DNA of 64,000 bases from Octopus sinensis. Its lineage: Eukaryota. How positions within the stretch are numbered: the stretch's first letter is position 1; every line of letters starts with the position of its first letter. Below, in pieces: positions 13,394 through 26,217 of this stretch. The notes under the pieces are model-generated. The model did no database searches. It was given only the letters and a program-made list of their open reading frames with translations, and had not been told where the DNA came from. Where the stretch lies: assembly GCF_006345805.1 (NCBI RefSeq), contig NC_043009.1:48794001-48858000 (forward strand), read 5' to 3'. The position numbers and the translations under genes were made by a program.

Positions 13394-13469
<76 letters not shown>

Positions 13470-13630
13470 CAAAATGGGACAATGGGACAAGAACGCAAAT
13501 CATCCGGACAACTAGGTGATACAAAAAGGGATAACAAACCATCCAGATAGACGATGCAAAAAACACAAGGACGGGTCATTCAAAGCTTTCTATCCTCAGT
13601 CAAGAACCGGATCATCCTCGCAATTTCGGA
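13470..13630. mobile_element. Interspersed repeat fragment shared with 32225-32420
   Basis: CAGTCAAGAACCGGAT(C/A)ATCCTCGCAATTTCGG occurs at both loci; this copy directly follows a long (TA)n. Confidence 0.6.
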
Positions 13631-13639
13631 TGTTTTGTT

Positions 13640-14700
13640 GTGTGTTTCAAGTGACTGAACACGGATTAGTTGATCAAGTTAATGCTATTAGGAGAAGAAA
13701 GTGAATGACAGAGTTAGAGACAGAAGAGATCACAAGAGAACTGAAAAGGAAATCCAAGCAGTAGGAAAGACAAACATCATATGAGATACAGCTCAAGCCA
13801 AAGAAGAATCTAAAGGCAAAAATAATAATAGCGCTACTAATAAGGAAGGGACAATTGGCATCAATGACTTAGGTGATTTAAGTGAGAAAAATCGGAAGAT
13901 TTTAGATGAGTTGCAGGAAGAAATGAGTAAAGAAGTAAGAAGAAGATTGCCAGCATTAAAAGACAGTAGGATATATACTAAAAATATAGGAGACACTAAT
14001 TTGCTGATCTATGCAGGGGGGGGGTGATCACCAGAAGATTAGATATCTCTCAAGGAAAGATTAAAAAAGAGAAAGTGTGGAAAATGAGACTACAAAATAA
14101 AGTGAAGACTTTAAGACAATATCCGAGTAGAATAGGAGCCTGGAAACTGAACAAGTTAGAAAACACAAGATGCAAATCTTCCTTCGTGAACAGATACTTA
14201 GTCAAAGAGAAAGGATTTGGGACAGTAATAGAAGAGTTGAAACAGTGTATCATAGCAGTGGCAGACAAGCTCTACAGATATCAGAAAAGATATATCAATA
14301 TCAGCAGAATAGATTATTTAAAACAATACAAAAGATATATTATAACCAAATGAATAGTGGAGAACGAAGTACTGAAGATGAGAAACCTAATGCAGCAGAG
14401 GCTAGAAAGTTCTGGAGTAATATTTGGGATAAACCAGCCAATCATAATGGAGATGCGGGATGGTTAAAGAAAGTGAGGGAAAAAGTAGCGAGGGAAAAGT
14501 AGTCAGATATGAGATTAACTAGTGCATTAACGAATAAGGTGTTAGGAAAAATACCGAAGTGGAAGGGCCCAGGACCAGATTTAGTTCAAGGGTACCGACA
14601 AAAAAAATTTAGTCATTTACATGGGTGACTGAAGGAACAACTTCAAGATTGCTTTAACGGAGAATAATACCAGATTGGATGAATAGAGAAGGACAATACT
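13640..14700 (+). mobile_element. Decayed R4/Dong-like LINE, N-terminal ORF region up to the start of the RT
   Basis: FQVTEHGLVDQVNAIRRRK*MTELETEEI...WKMRLQNKVKTLRQ...EELKQCIIAVADKLYRY...NAAEARKFWSNIWDKP...IPKWKGPGPDLVQGY matches the pre-RT region (EQRLADQ...FWS.IW...NW.APGPD) of RLE LINEs. Confidence 0.85.
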
Positions 14701-14989
14701 CAACTTGAAATATAAGAGCATCACCGGCACCATCTTCATCTTTCCATAATTTCCACCACCGTGGTCAGCATTAATAATGAGATAGCTTCCGAATGGTCAC
14801 TCGGCATGCAAGAGACAGTAGCCAAATTTCTCTCAAACTAATAGAATAGCCAAATTTCTCTCATACTAACGGAAGGCATAGAATATTGTGATCTTCGATG
14901 AAGAAACAGACTTAAGTGTAGAGGTGATGATCACGGCCGGTGTAGATTTAAACTTAGGTATGTCCAGTGCAGTCTAAAGTGGGTCTAAA

Positions 14990-15360
14990 CACCAACAACC
15001 ACTTCAATATTATCACCAATGGTAGTAACACCACCAACACCACCCCTATCGACGTCATCCTCCACTTCTTCATCTTCCTCCTCCTCTCCTCCTCACCATC
15101 ATCATTATCATCATCTTCAACGTCGTCGCAAACTCCACCACCGCTGCTACCATCGCAACAACAACCATCATCGTCGTCATCACCATCATCGTCATCATTA
15201 ACATCATCATCATCATCAACCTTCATCATCTTCATCGCTTTCATCCTCATCGTCGTCGTCGTCATCATCATCATCGTTTTCATCATCACCATCGTGGCCG
15301 TGGTGATCGTGCTTGTCTATGTGGTGGTGGTTGTAGTGGTGGTGGTGGTGGTGGTGGTCC
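14990..15360. repeat. Degenerate trinucleotide low-complexity tract (ACC/ATC/GTC/GGT)
   Basis: Directly visible; explains ORFs 14954-15533. Confidence 0.85.
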
Positions 15361-15476
15361 TCGTCGTTGTCATCACTGATTATCGCTCAAACATAAAAAC
15401 CGGCCACGAGCTGGAGTGGTTCGTTTTTCATCAAGATTTATATCCTAGGTTCGGGGTTTCAATTCCAACTAGGTAT

Positions 15477-15870
15477 TACTCTTTTACTTGTTTCAGTCAT
15501 TTGACTGCGGCCATTCTGGAGCAGCGCCTTTAGTCGAGCAAATCGACCCCGGGACTTATTCTTTGTAAGCCCAGTACTTATTCTATCGGTCTCTTTTGCC
15601 GAACCGCTAGGTGACGGGGACGTAAACACACCAGCATCGGTTGTCAAGCAATGCTAGGGGGACAAACACAGACACACAAACATATACACACACACTTATA
15701 TATATACATATATACGACAGGCTTCTTTCAGTTTCCGTCTACCAAATCCACTCACAAGGCATTGGTCGGCCCGGGGCTATAGCGGAAGACACTTGCCCAA
15801 GATGCCACGCAGTGGGACTGAACCCGGAACCATGTGGTTGGTTAGCAAGCTACTTACCACACAGCCACTC
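15477..15870 (-). mobile_element. tRNA-derived SINE family A, full length, young
   Basis: Complete head, core, microsatellite and 3' module ending GACTGAAACAAGTAAAAGAGTA; nearly identical to 30974-31385. Confidence 0.95.
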
Positions 15871-16066
15871 AAATAAAAATAAAAATTAATAAACAGCGAG
15901 AGGAAACCGGGAATCACAGAGTAAAATGGAGAGGGTTTCCATATCTTCTCTGTTTCATATAAATGTGAATTTTTTTGTTTCTTCTATTCTGTTGTTATGG
16001 TTGAGCAATTTCATGACTAACAGAAAAATGTCGTTAACTACAGACGAAAAGAATTCAAAAACAGAA

Positions 16067-16099
<33 letters not shown>

Positions 16100-16701
16100 T
16101 TGGGGATGGTGGGAGTAGTAGTGGTAAGGGGAGAGGGGCTGTAGTGGTCCTGGTCGTGTGGGTGTTAGTGGTGGTGGTGGTGGTGATGGTGGTGGTGGTT
16201 ATGATCTTACAATGGTACACACATGCTTTAATGGAGTAATTTGTTTCCAATCGTGCTCCCATATTTCACTTACTATATATATATAACTATATGGTTGTTG
16301 TGTGTGCATGTGTGTGTGTTGTGTGTGTGTGGTGTGTTTGTGCTTATGTGTGTAGCTTCGATCGTGCGCGCGTGCACGTTTGTGTGTGCGTGCGTGCGTG
16401 CGTCTGTAATTGTGCGCAATATACAAATAATGTTTCTTTCATTGAAACTACAAATCAATGTATTTTTCGTAATAAAGCCATAAACTGGTGTGTAGTTATA
16501 CATTGCGCACGCATACATATCACTGCCAGTTACATCACACACAGACAGAGACAGACACACACACAGAAAGACACACACACACAGAGAAACACTCACACAC
16601 ATATTAATATGTATACATATACATAGGTATACACACATCAGCATATATTATACATATATATATACATATATATATATACATAAATACATACATACATATA
16701 T

Positions 16702-16747
<46 letters not shown>

Positions 16748-18639
16748 TATATATATTATATATATATATATATTACTTATATATACTTATATACGCATAG
16801 CTGTACTCTCTTACATTGTATGTCCAAATACATATACATTTATACGCTAACCTATTCACATCAGACATCCATTAATCTATAATTTTTAAATCAGATATAA
16901 CACAAACTATATTTACTAGACCTATAACAATACATAACGTTACTAATATACATAAACTACATACTATACATACTATACACATCTATATATATATCTATAT
17001 ACATACATACAAATTATACATATATATATATATATATCAGAAAAATAGTCGTGCTTTTGCATACATGCATATATGTATATTTCAAAATTTTATTTATTTA
17101 GATAGTTTTTCCTTTTTATTGAACAATACCCAGAGAAACATATTTGAACTTGCTTATTAACAAAATTTCTATTGATTTATTCATTCCTATACATGTTAAA
17201 TCAAACCCGTTGCTGTGAATAGAACTTTTCCGAACGTGAATCTATTTCGTACATTCTGTCAGTAAAATTTCAGTTTCGTTCGCTGCAAAGCTATTTAATA
17301 GCTATTTATAATAAAGACACATTAAATAACAATTGATACACATATTCAATATCTTTGCTTTATAGAGATGTAATTTTCCAATATATATATCAAATATTAT
17401 TTGCCTTAGATATCGGCAGTTGAGTTTTTCTTCCTTTCTTTCTTACTATAGTTATTCAGCAAATGCTATATTATTAGTAAGATAACAAATATTGCACTAG
17501 ATAGACACAGCAGATGGTTAATTTACTGATGTGGTAAAAGCGCTGATCTTGTCTTATTTAGCCGAAAAAGAAAATAATTTGACAATCACCAAAGTGATAT
17601 CTCTCTCGTTTTCTTCTTAGATTACGACAATGGATTCTATGTCTGCGAATTTGCCAATTTCTATAACTCACCTTTAAATTAATTCACTCGCAGCATCTGC
17701 TTTTCTCTGCTATTGTCGCTACAATGCACTGTGTCACACGACATAGACAATTGTTATAAACACCTTTTTTTACTAATCATTTGTTTAGGCATTATTGTCT
17801 CTTTATTCTCCAGAAATGCACATAACTTTGATTTTTGCTTGATCTACCTTCCTCCAACCCGCATAGTTACCCTCTGAATTATGATATCACTCCTCCATAA
17901 ACCGTTCAAAGAGCACCACGTTTTCCTTCATCCATACACTGAATTCACATCTCCCAGTGAATGAGAAACTTCTATATGGTCAATCAGTTTGCTAGATATA
18001 ACAGTTAACTCCCTACCTTCAGATCACCTCATACCGTCTTAAGAGAAAAAAAAAAGGCACATTGAAAGCAAATAACACACATATACAAATAAATGTTGCC
18101 GCACGCAATGATCTTCATATGAACACGGACCTAAGGGACTCAGCACGAGAGAAAGGGATCTAGGTAATGACATGATATGTTAGAAACAGCAGAGGAATCA
18201 TAACCTCAAATGTAACCCTGTCGTCTTTCAGAAAGGGAAACAGATCACTAGATCAATCCTTCTCAAACATTTTAACCATACACTTTTCTTTTTCTCTATA
18301 ACTTTTTCAAAGCCTGTTCGTTGCAGTTCACCGATCCACAGATTTTAAGGTAAATTCAAGCCAAAGAAATCTAGTTTCATTATCTGCATGATGGTGGTCA
18401 CTACCTACAACAGCACTATCTGACCATAAAGAATTCTTTGACGCATCACTGGTTGACCCGACCTTTAGTATGCCGTTTTGGCCAAACATGGGTACCTGTA
18501 CTTAGCACATAGTAGTATCTTATAAACGTGTACCCCTCTTCTCTCTCTCACACACACACACACACACTCTCTCTCACGCGCTCTCACTTCCTCTCTCTCA
18601 CGCACACACACACTCTCTCTCTTTTACTCTCTCTCACAC

Positions 18640-19130
18640 ACTCCCTCTCTCTCCTTCACTCTCTCTCACACACACAGACACACACTCCTTCTTGCGCCTT
18701 CGCTCTCTCTCTCTCTCACACACACCCTCTCTCACACACTCTCTCTCTCTCCTTCACTCACTCCCACACACACAGACACACACTCCTTGCGCCTTCGCTC
18801 TCTCTCTCTCTCACACACACAACCCTCTCTCACACACTCTCTCTCTCTCCTTCACTCACTCCCACACACACAGACACACACTCCTTCTTGCGCCTTCGCT
18901 CTCTCTCTCTCTCACACACACCCTCTCTCACACACTCTCTCTCTCTCCTTCACTCACTCCCACACACACAGACACACACTCCTTCTTGCGCCTTCGCTCT
19001 CTCTCTCTCTCTCACACACCCTCTCTCACACACTCTCTCTCTCTCCTTCACTCACTCCCACACACACAGACACACACTCCTTCTTGCGCCTTCACTCTCT
19101 CTCTCTCTCACACACACACCCTCTCTCACA
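18640..19130. repeat. CT/CA-rich minisatellite, unit about 97-99 bp, five copies
   Basis: The anchor CTTGCGCCTTC recurs at about 18691, 18786, 18887, 18985 and 19083. Confidence 0.9.
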
Positions 19131-19190
19131 GACTTTCTCTCTCTCACACACACTCTATTTCTTCTTCACTCTCTTTCACACACACACGCA

Positions 19191-19222
<32 letters not shown>

Positions 19223-19243
19223 TTAATATCCCTGCCTACCTGC

Positions 19244-19400
19244 AAGGCGGTGAGTAGATAGACTCGTTAAGTACGCTGGGCAAAATACTTAGCGACATCC
19301 CATACAGCTTTACGTTCGAATTTCAGTGAGGTCAACTTTGCCTTTCATCCGTTCAATATCGATAAAACAAGTACCAGTTGAGCATCGGACTGGTCAACGA
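19244..19400 (+). mobile_element. tRNA-derived SINE family B (degenerate)
   Basis: AAGGCGGTGAG...CGTTAAGTACGCTGGGCAAAAT...GAGGTCAACTTTGCCTTTCATCC...GATAAAACAAGTACCAGTTGAGCA. Confidence 0.75.
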
Positions 19401-19401
19401 A

Positions 19402-19441
<40 letters not shown>

Positions 19442-19502
19442 GTGTGTATGTACGTATGTATGTATATATGTATGTATGTATATATGTATGTATGTATATA
19501 TA

Positions 19503-19850
19503 TGGTGGTTGTCTACTCCTTATGCAGAGTTTGACCACCTCCTGTACCTACATCCTGTATCGCCATCATGGCATTTCATGTGGCCTTTTTAAACCAGACA
19601 ATGTTCTGAAAAGACACCCACATAGATTGCACCCTCGGATTTGGACCACCAAGAGCTGCAGATAAGTTCTGCTCTTTGTTGAATCTTAAAATGTCTTTTG
19701 AGGCCTCCGTTGGATTTCCAAACCTTCTGGCATACACTGCATTCAAAGGTGTGCACAGACATATAGGCAGAATATATACCTCCCTCAACAGGTGCAGAGA
19801 CTCTCCGTACTGCATATACGGAAATACGTATTCATTTGGACAATATTTAA
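19503..19850 (-). mobile_element. Probable RTE-like LINE 3' end with two decayed C2H2 zinc fingers and a microsatellite tail
   Basis: Minus translation FECSVCQKVWKSNGGLKRHFKIQ and CNLCGCLFRTLSGLK/HMKCH, ending GTAGACAACCACCA before (ATAC/TA)n. Confidence 0.6.
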
Positions 19851-20914
19851 AAACTAGCGGACCCCGTGAATATTTCACGGAACTAATAGTAAACTTATTG
19901 GGTCATTTCTAAAAAAACTTTATCCAAAAAGACCTGAAAGCGTAGTCTGTGTTGTATGTATGGAAAGATAGTCGCTCATCTGGTATTCATTGAAAAGTGA
20001 AAGAAATTGGAATATGATTATTAGTTAATGCATTTTATATATTCACTTTATAGACTTTATGCACAATTTTATAGACTTAATATACAGCACTCATAAAATA
20101 AATATTCTCTCTTATTTTTCCATTTTCCTCATAAACAAAACAAAAATGTCTCGTACGTATGATATAAGATTTAGTTAAATTGTATCAATCTGCCACGTAA
20201 ATAAGTTTGAATGTTTCACGAAATTGCATTTATGCGCATGCATTAAAGTGATAAGTGATATAAAAGAAAATTAGTTCAATGAGCAAAAAAAAATGCACTT
20301 TCCATTATCCACCATCACCACCACCACCACCACCACCAACACCTCCAACACCAACACTATCATCATCTCTCTCTCCTCTCTCTCTCCTCTCTCTCTCCCT
20401 TCTCTCTCTGCTTCATCTGACTGCCTCCTCTCTCTCTCTCTGCCCCCTCTCCCCTTCTCTCTCTCCCTCCTCTTCTCTCTCCCACCTCTCTCTCCTCTTC
20501 ACTCTCCTTACTCTCTGTGCGTCCTCTCTCTCCCTCCTCTCTCTCCCTCATTTCTTTCTCCCTCTTCTCTCTCTCCCTCCTCTCTCTCGCCCTCCTCTCT
20601 TTCTGTACCTCTCTTTAACCTCATCATCAGAACATCACACCTCACGTCATGGACGCCTCTCTCTCCCACTTTTTCTCTCACCCTCTTTTTCTCTCTCCTT
20701 CTTTTCTTTTTCCTTCTCTTCTCTCTCCCTCTTTTTCTCTAAGCACGGGAAATCGTTACTGCCGGGTTAAGTAACGCTATGACAAGCAGAACTATTATAC
20801 GATTAGAAGTCTGTTATTATTGTTACTGCTGTTACCATTTATTAGTATTGCCATTGTTGTTGTTGTTTCGTTGTTGTTGTGAGTCAGGCTACCAATCATT
20901 TTATCGTAATATTA

Positions 20915-21045
20915 CGAGGTCGACTTTGCCTTTTATCCTTTCGAGGTCGATAAATTAAGTACCAGTTACGCACTGGGGTTGATGTAATCGACTTAATCCG
21001 TTTGTCCCCTCTATATTTAGCCCCTTGTGGGCAATAAATACATAA
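20915..21045 (+). mobile_element. SINE family B, 3' half
   Basis: GAGGTCGACTTTGCCTTTTATCCTTTCGAGGTCGATAAATTAAGTACCAGTTACGCACTGGGG...GCCCCTTGTGGGCAATAAA. Confidence 0.85.
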
Positions 21046-21049
21046 GACT

Positions 21050-21190
21050 GGCCCTTTGAATTACAGGTATAACACTTTTAAACTAGCTGATTGGGATAAA
21101 TGTGAGCAACGTGAAATAAGGTGTCTTGCTCAAGGACACTACGCGTCGCTGGGAATCGAACTTGGGGTTTTACGAATCATGATCCGAGCT
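21050..21190 (-). mobile_element. SINE family D fragment
   Basis: Reverse complement contains GTTCGATTCCCAGCGACGCGTAGTGTCCTTGAGCAAGACACCTTATTTCACGTTGCTC, as in 57445-57765. Confidence 0.7.
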
Positions 21191-21454
21191 CCTTCACAAT
21201 GTAGTTCTAATTCCATTCTATTTTAATCAAAGATAAGATGGCCGCAAACGGCAGATCAAATAAGGTTCCGATTAAATAGAACTTGAACGAGCGGACATTT
21301 TATCTAAAAGGTTAAATAACTGCTTCTAATTCAGGCGTCGTACCAACTTTTGCGGGAACCAATTTCTGATCTCAGAGACCACAGCAGTTGACTGTTATCC
21401 TGAAGGGTGTAAGACAAATTAATCATGGTGGGATTTTGTTGTCGCACGTTGATG

Positions 21455-22170
21455 CCTCTACTTCTCTGCTCTCTTCTGCTCTCCTTTTTTGCTCTCCCTT
21501 TTTTGTCTCCTTTTTGCTCTCCTTTTTTGCTGTCCTTTTTTGCTCTCCCTTTTGGCTCCTTCTTTGCTCTCCTTTAATGCTCTCTTTTTTTCTCCTTTTT
21601 GCTCTCCTTTTTTGCTGTCCTTTTTGTTCTTTTTTGCTCCTTCTTTCCTCACCTTTTTTTGCTCTCCTTTTTGCTGTCCTTAATTGCTCTCCATTTTGCA
21701 CTCCTTTTGTTTGCTCTCCTGTTTCTCTCCTTTTTTCTCTCCCTTTCTTCTCTCCTTTTTTGCCCTCCTTTGTTTCTCTCTTTTTTGCTCTCCTACTTTC
21801 CTTTTGCTCTCCTTTTTTGCGTCCTTTTTTGCTCTCCTTTTATGCTCTCCTTTTTGCTCTTTATTTGCTCTCCTTTTTTGTCTATTTTTCGCTCTCCTTT
21901 TTGCTCTTCTTTTTTGCTCCTTCTTTGCTCTGCTTTAATGCTCTCCTTTTTTGTCTCATTTCTTGCTCTCCTTTTAGCTCTCCCTTTTTTTGCTCTCCTT
22001 TTCTCTCTCCTTTTTGCACTCCTTTTTCTCTACTTTTTTGCTCTCCTTTGCTCCCCTTTTTCTCTTTTTTTTGCTCTCCTTTTTCTCTCCCTTCTTTCCT
22101 TTCTTCTCTCCTTTTTTGCTCTCCTTTTTCTCTCCTTTTTTGCTCTCCTATTCTTCTCTTCTGCTCTCAA
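21455..22170. repeat. Degenerate pyrimidine-rich minisatellite, motif about TTTTGCTCTCC
   Basis: Dozens of 10-13-bp units with variable T-run length; the same motif occurs at 26367-26955. Confidence 0.9.
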
Positions 22171-22827
22171 CTATTCTCTCGACGAATGCTACTCCAGCTC
22201 GACTCTTCACAACTGTGCTCTACTGTTCTAATCCATTGACTGCTAGTCTTCTCCCTCTATATCTACGTATTGGGCTAGCCTACTTCATCCTCACGAGGCG
22301 TCCACACAACAGATTTTAAATCAGAACGTTAAAAGCCGGAAGAATAACCGTATGTTTTGCAACACTACAAACAATTTGACGACTCATCGCCATTCGTGGA
22401 ATTGAAAAAACAACAACAGGTTATATACTAGATAATCCCACCTTCTACTGACTCATTCTGTCTCTTCGTTAATATTCGAGAACAATATAACAACTTCCCA
22501 TCACACCCCTGATATGTTATGGACAATTGTTGTAGTAACACACATAATATAATGCATTCAGCTTAGTAAGTATATGACCATCAACATGACATTGCCCTTC
22601 TTATTTTTCTATATCTGCCCTTCAGTATCACACTAGTCAATGTTGGCAATCGGGATTCATATGAATAAAGCAATGCTCTTATTGTTTGTAACAGTGACTG
22701 ACCTTTACCAACATAAATTATTATTTACCTCTAGGATCACTTAAATCGTGCCAAGGGAGTAGAAAGAGAGCAATGGAAAGGGAAAGAGAGAGAGAGAGAT
22801 ACTCCCCATGTAATATGTTAAGGAGGC

Positions 22828-22876
<49 letters not shown>

Positions 22877-24645
22877 CTAGTTGTAGTAGTAGTAGTAGTA
22901 GTAGTAGCAGTAGTAGTTTCTACTTTCCAGGCTACCTATATTTTATGGAAGGGAAAGACCTCATCAGCTTGACGCAAGAGCGTGTAGGTCCGCATCAGTT
23001 TGACACCAGTATCTTCGTTGGTATTTACAGATCCCGAACAAATCCCATTTACGATCCCAACAATCCATCGCCCTGAGTTAGAACATCTTTCTTGACACCG
23101 AACGGATAAAATGTAAAGCTGGCCACGGCAGGATTTGAAATCAGAGCTCAGGGCAAGTCATGACAAGTGTGTGCAAGACATTTTATTCAACACTCTAACA
23201 ATTCTGCCAAATTCACCGCCTTTGTTTAGATCCCTGCAGCCCAGATTCAACAGAATCATAATCAAAGGTGGTCGAAAGTGACTATTTCACAAATTTAATA
23301 AATCAGATGAGAGTTTGGTTGTTATTTCTGTGGAGTGAGTGACCAAGTAAAGGTTGTCTCATTAGCTCATTCGTCTGGCAGGTAGAATTCCTCTCTTTTA
23401 TTTAAGAAACAAACAAAACAGAATCTTTTAATCAATATTGTTGTAAGCTATAGCAACTTTGATCAGCTCAATAGTACTGATCTTGCTACCATGAACCAGT
23501 AGTTTTCTTTGGGGTCTTACTTGTCTACAGACTGAAAGTATAGCTCCAGGGTTTTGCTCTAGTTAAAGTTTAACCCCATATCATTTCTGATCAAGGAAAC
23601 ACATGATCAAAAGCGTCCAGCCGTAAACATCGCCTTTATTTTTCTTACACACAAATACATCTAGGTTCAGATTCTTCAAAGTGTACTTCCGTTTTTTTCT
23701 TTAAGGCAGGAGCCGATTGCGATGAACAATAGCAAGGGACATTTGGCTGCTAAAATTTTTGTAGATCGAATGACTTGCAGATAGAGACTCCATTGTATTG
23801 CTGTCCCCCCCCCCCCGATTTGAACCATCAAACACTAGCCTGCTTGTCTGCTGCATTATCAATCACTTAACCACCCACGCCCTCTAGTGTACCTGAACAA
23901 TACACAAAAGACCACAGATATTCTCTGTCTCTCTGCCAATTTGTCTTTCTGTCCATCTGCCTGTCACTTTGATTCTCTGCCTATGTCTGTCTGTCTGTCT
24001 ATCTGTCTGTCTATATCTCTGTCTCTCCTTTTTTCTCTCTCTCCTTCTCTTTCTCTCTCTTCATCTAACAGTGAGAAATAAGACAGCACAGCTTTCATTT
24101 GCTTACTGAGTTCGAGTAGATATTCATAAATTTAGACCAAATGTGACAGGCCCACAAAAGAAAACGTTATTTATAACTGGGCCTAATATATTGCCGTTGT
24201 CAGCATTCCTATATATACCCCGAAATAGGAAGGAATTTCACGAGCATAACAACTAAATCTGAAGACCTAAAATGAAAAATGGAATCTATTCTGTCGAATT
24301 TCTTAGGTTATAACATCGTTTACAAGAATATTAACGACACCCTGTGCATGAGATATATTTGCATATGAACTGCTGTTCACTTGCCGTGTAAGTGGCAATC
24401 GAACCACTGACAGCACTTATTCCACAATTGTATAAGTCATTTGTCATGTGACAGAAGCCATGTTGTTGGCGTTGTTGTTGTAGTGGAGCTAACCACAGGT
24501 CATCTCTGATGTAGGAGAATTATGATCAAAGATATTTCAACAATGGCCATCATGTCCATTATTAATTGTCTCTTTTTTATTCGGACACCACAGTGTACGA
24601 GAGACCGCGTTGACTAGTCTGACCAACTAGTATCTTTTCATTCTG

Positions 24646-24707
<62 letters not shown>

Positions 24708-25207
24708 TACTTTTCTTTCTTTCTTTCGTTCTTTCCTTCTCTCTGTTTCTCTCTCTCTCCCTTTTCTTTTTTGTCGAGATTCCATGCAGTGATTTATTGA
24801 GATATGGTTGCTATTTCTAGTAGGTCGAACAATCATTAACAGGCTTTTCCGTTGTCTTGTATGTATGTTACAGAATCATTGTTGTTGTTGTTGTTCTTAC
24901 TGACAATGCAAGAAATATGTTCTGATGCACTGAACCTCAAAGTAATTCTAGCCGTAGCCATCCCACACCTTTTTCAAGCAGGAATTACATCTAATGTATC
25001 TTAAGCACAGTAATACCGTGATCCAGGTTTGGGATCTCTTTCAAACCAAATAACTAACCAACAGAAGCTACCAAATTTTACCATTGGTCCCTATATTGTG
25101 GTGGAGTCTGTGATAACATACGTACAAGCATACGTGCATAAATTCACACATAAAACACACACATACATACATACATACATACATACATACATACATACAT
25201 ACATACA

Positions 25208-25238
<31 letters not shown>

Positions 25239-25297
25239 GTATATGTCTATAATTTTATATACGTACATGTGTATAAATATATATATGTGTGTGTGTA

Positions 25298-25590
25298 GGG
25301 AAGGCGCATGGCTCAGTGGTTAGAGTCTTGCACTCTCGATTGCGAGATCATGGGTTCGATGTCCTCGACAGAGCATTGCATTTTGTTCTTGAGCAAAGCA
25401 CTCCATTTCACGATCATTTCGTCATCTGACATGTGGCACCCATTTGCACCTGTACAGGTAATGTCGATTTGATGTAGGGAATGAGCTTATGTTTACACAA
25501 ACATTTGATCACTATAAACGCATGATCTGTGTGGTTGTTCGGTAAGTAATTGTCGAACTCTCATATGTCGTCTAACGACGGGAGAGTCCG
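25298..25590 (+). mobile_element. tRNA-derived SINE family C
   Basis: GGCGCATGGCTCAGTGGTTAG (A box), GGGTTCGATG (B box), TTGTTCTTGAGCAAAGCACT, ending GTCGTCTAACGACGGGAGAGTCC; reverse copy at 58085-58275. Confidence 0.8.
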
Positions 25591-25719
25591 TCATATGTAC
25601 AGTCATGGTTCCGGGCTCAGTCCTACTAGGTGCCACTTTCGGCAAGTGTCTTCCACTATAGCCTTATGAATAGATTTGGTAGACGGAAACTGGAAGAAGC
25701 CCATCGTGTATATATATAG

Positions 25720-25930
25720 TATATTTTAGTATGTGACCTCGTCTGTATCACTAGCGATTTTTTCCCTCTGTCTTCCCTTCTCGGGATCTTTCCTTCTCCT
25801 ATGTTTCCGACGAAGAGCTCCGCTCGAAACGTCAAACCCTTCTTCTTCCCTTCTTTCCTGAGCGTCCAATAATACTTTATTTGTTCCACGTCCTTGCGTT
25901 GTTGTCTTTTTGTTTTCTTGTTTGGATAAA
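25720..25930 (+). mobile_element. Penelope-like pseudo-LTR remnant carrying a minimal hammerhead
   Basis: CT-rich sequence around a ...GACGAAG...CGAAACGT motif, flanked by TA runs on both sides. Confidence 0.65.
25803..25837 (+). ncRNA. Minimal type I hammerhead ribozyme motif (U4C variant)
   Basis: GTTT-CCGACGA-A-GAGC-TCC-GCTC-GAA-ACGT-C-AAAC: 4-bp stem I, 4-bp stem II, palindromic ACGT stem III, GUC site with cleavage predicted after 25833. Confidence 0.65.
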
Positions 25931-25931
25931 G

Positions 25932-25968
<37 letters not shown>

Positions 25969-26217
25969 CTGTATTTATGCGTGTGTTTTTGTGTCTGCAT
26001 CTGTCAATCCCTCACTACATAATAACCGGTGTTAGTGCGTATCTCTTCCCGTAACTTAGAAGTTCGGCAAAAGACAACGATAGAATAAGTACTAGGCTTA
26101 AAATATCAGTACTGCGGTCGATTCTTTCGACTAAAATTCGAAGGCGGAGCCCCAGCATGGGCGCAATATAAATGACTGAAACAAGTAAAAAAAAATGCGT
26201 ATATGTTTCTATGCATA

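Larger units (their letters stand above)
25604..26195 (+). mobile_element. SINE family A split by an insertion in its internal (TA)n
   Basis: The 5' head and core lie at 25604-25718 and the 3' module at about 25945-26195 (CGATAGAATAAGTACTAGGCTT...GACTGAAACAAGTAAA), separated by about 210 bp of foreign sequence. Confidence 0.75.

Noticed and set aside
13575-13605. CTGAGGA-TAG-AAAG-CTT on the minus strand
   Set aside because: Followed by TGAATG rather than GAAA and no stem III.
14954-15533. 188-aa ORF with apparent transmembrane segment
   Set aside because: Built from trinucleotide repeats and runs into a SINE tail.
21388-22319. F/L/S-rich and K/E/R-rich ORFs resembling membrane or histone-like proteins (also 26172-27225)
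   Set aside because: Translations of the TTTTGCTCTCC arrays; homopolymer lengths vary without frame constraint.
22920-22975. CTGATGAG on the minus strand (also isolated CTGATGA at about 20623, 41926 and 48986)
   Set aside because: No properly spaced stem II, GAAA or stem I; chance matches or SINE-derived.
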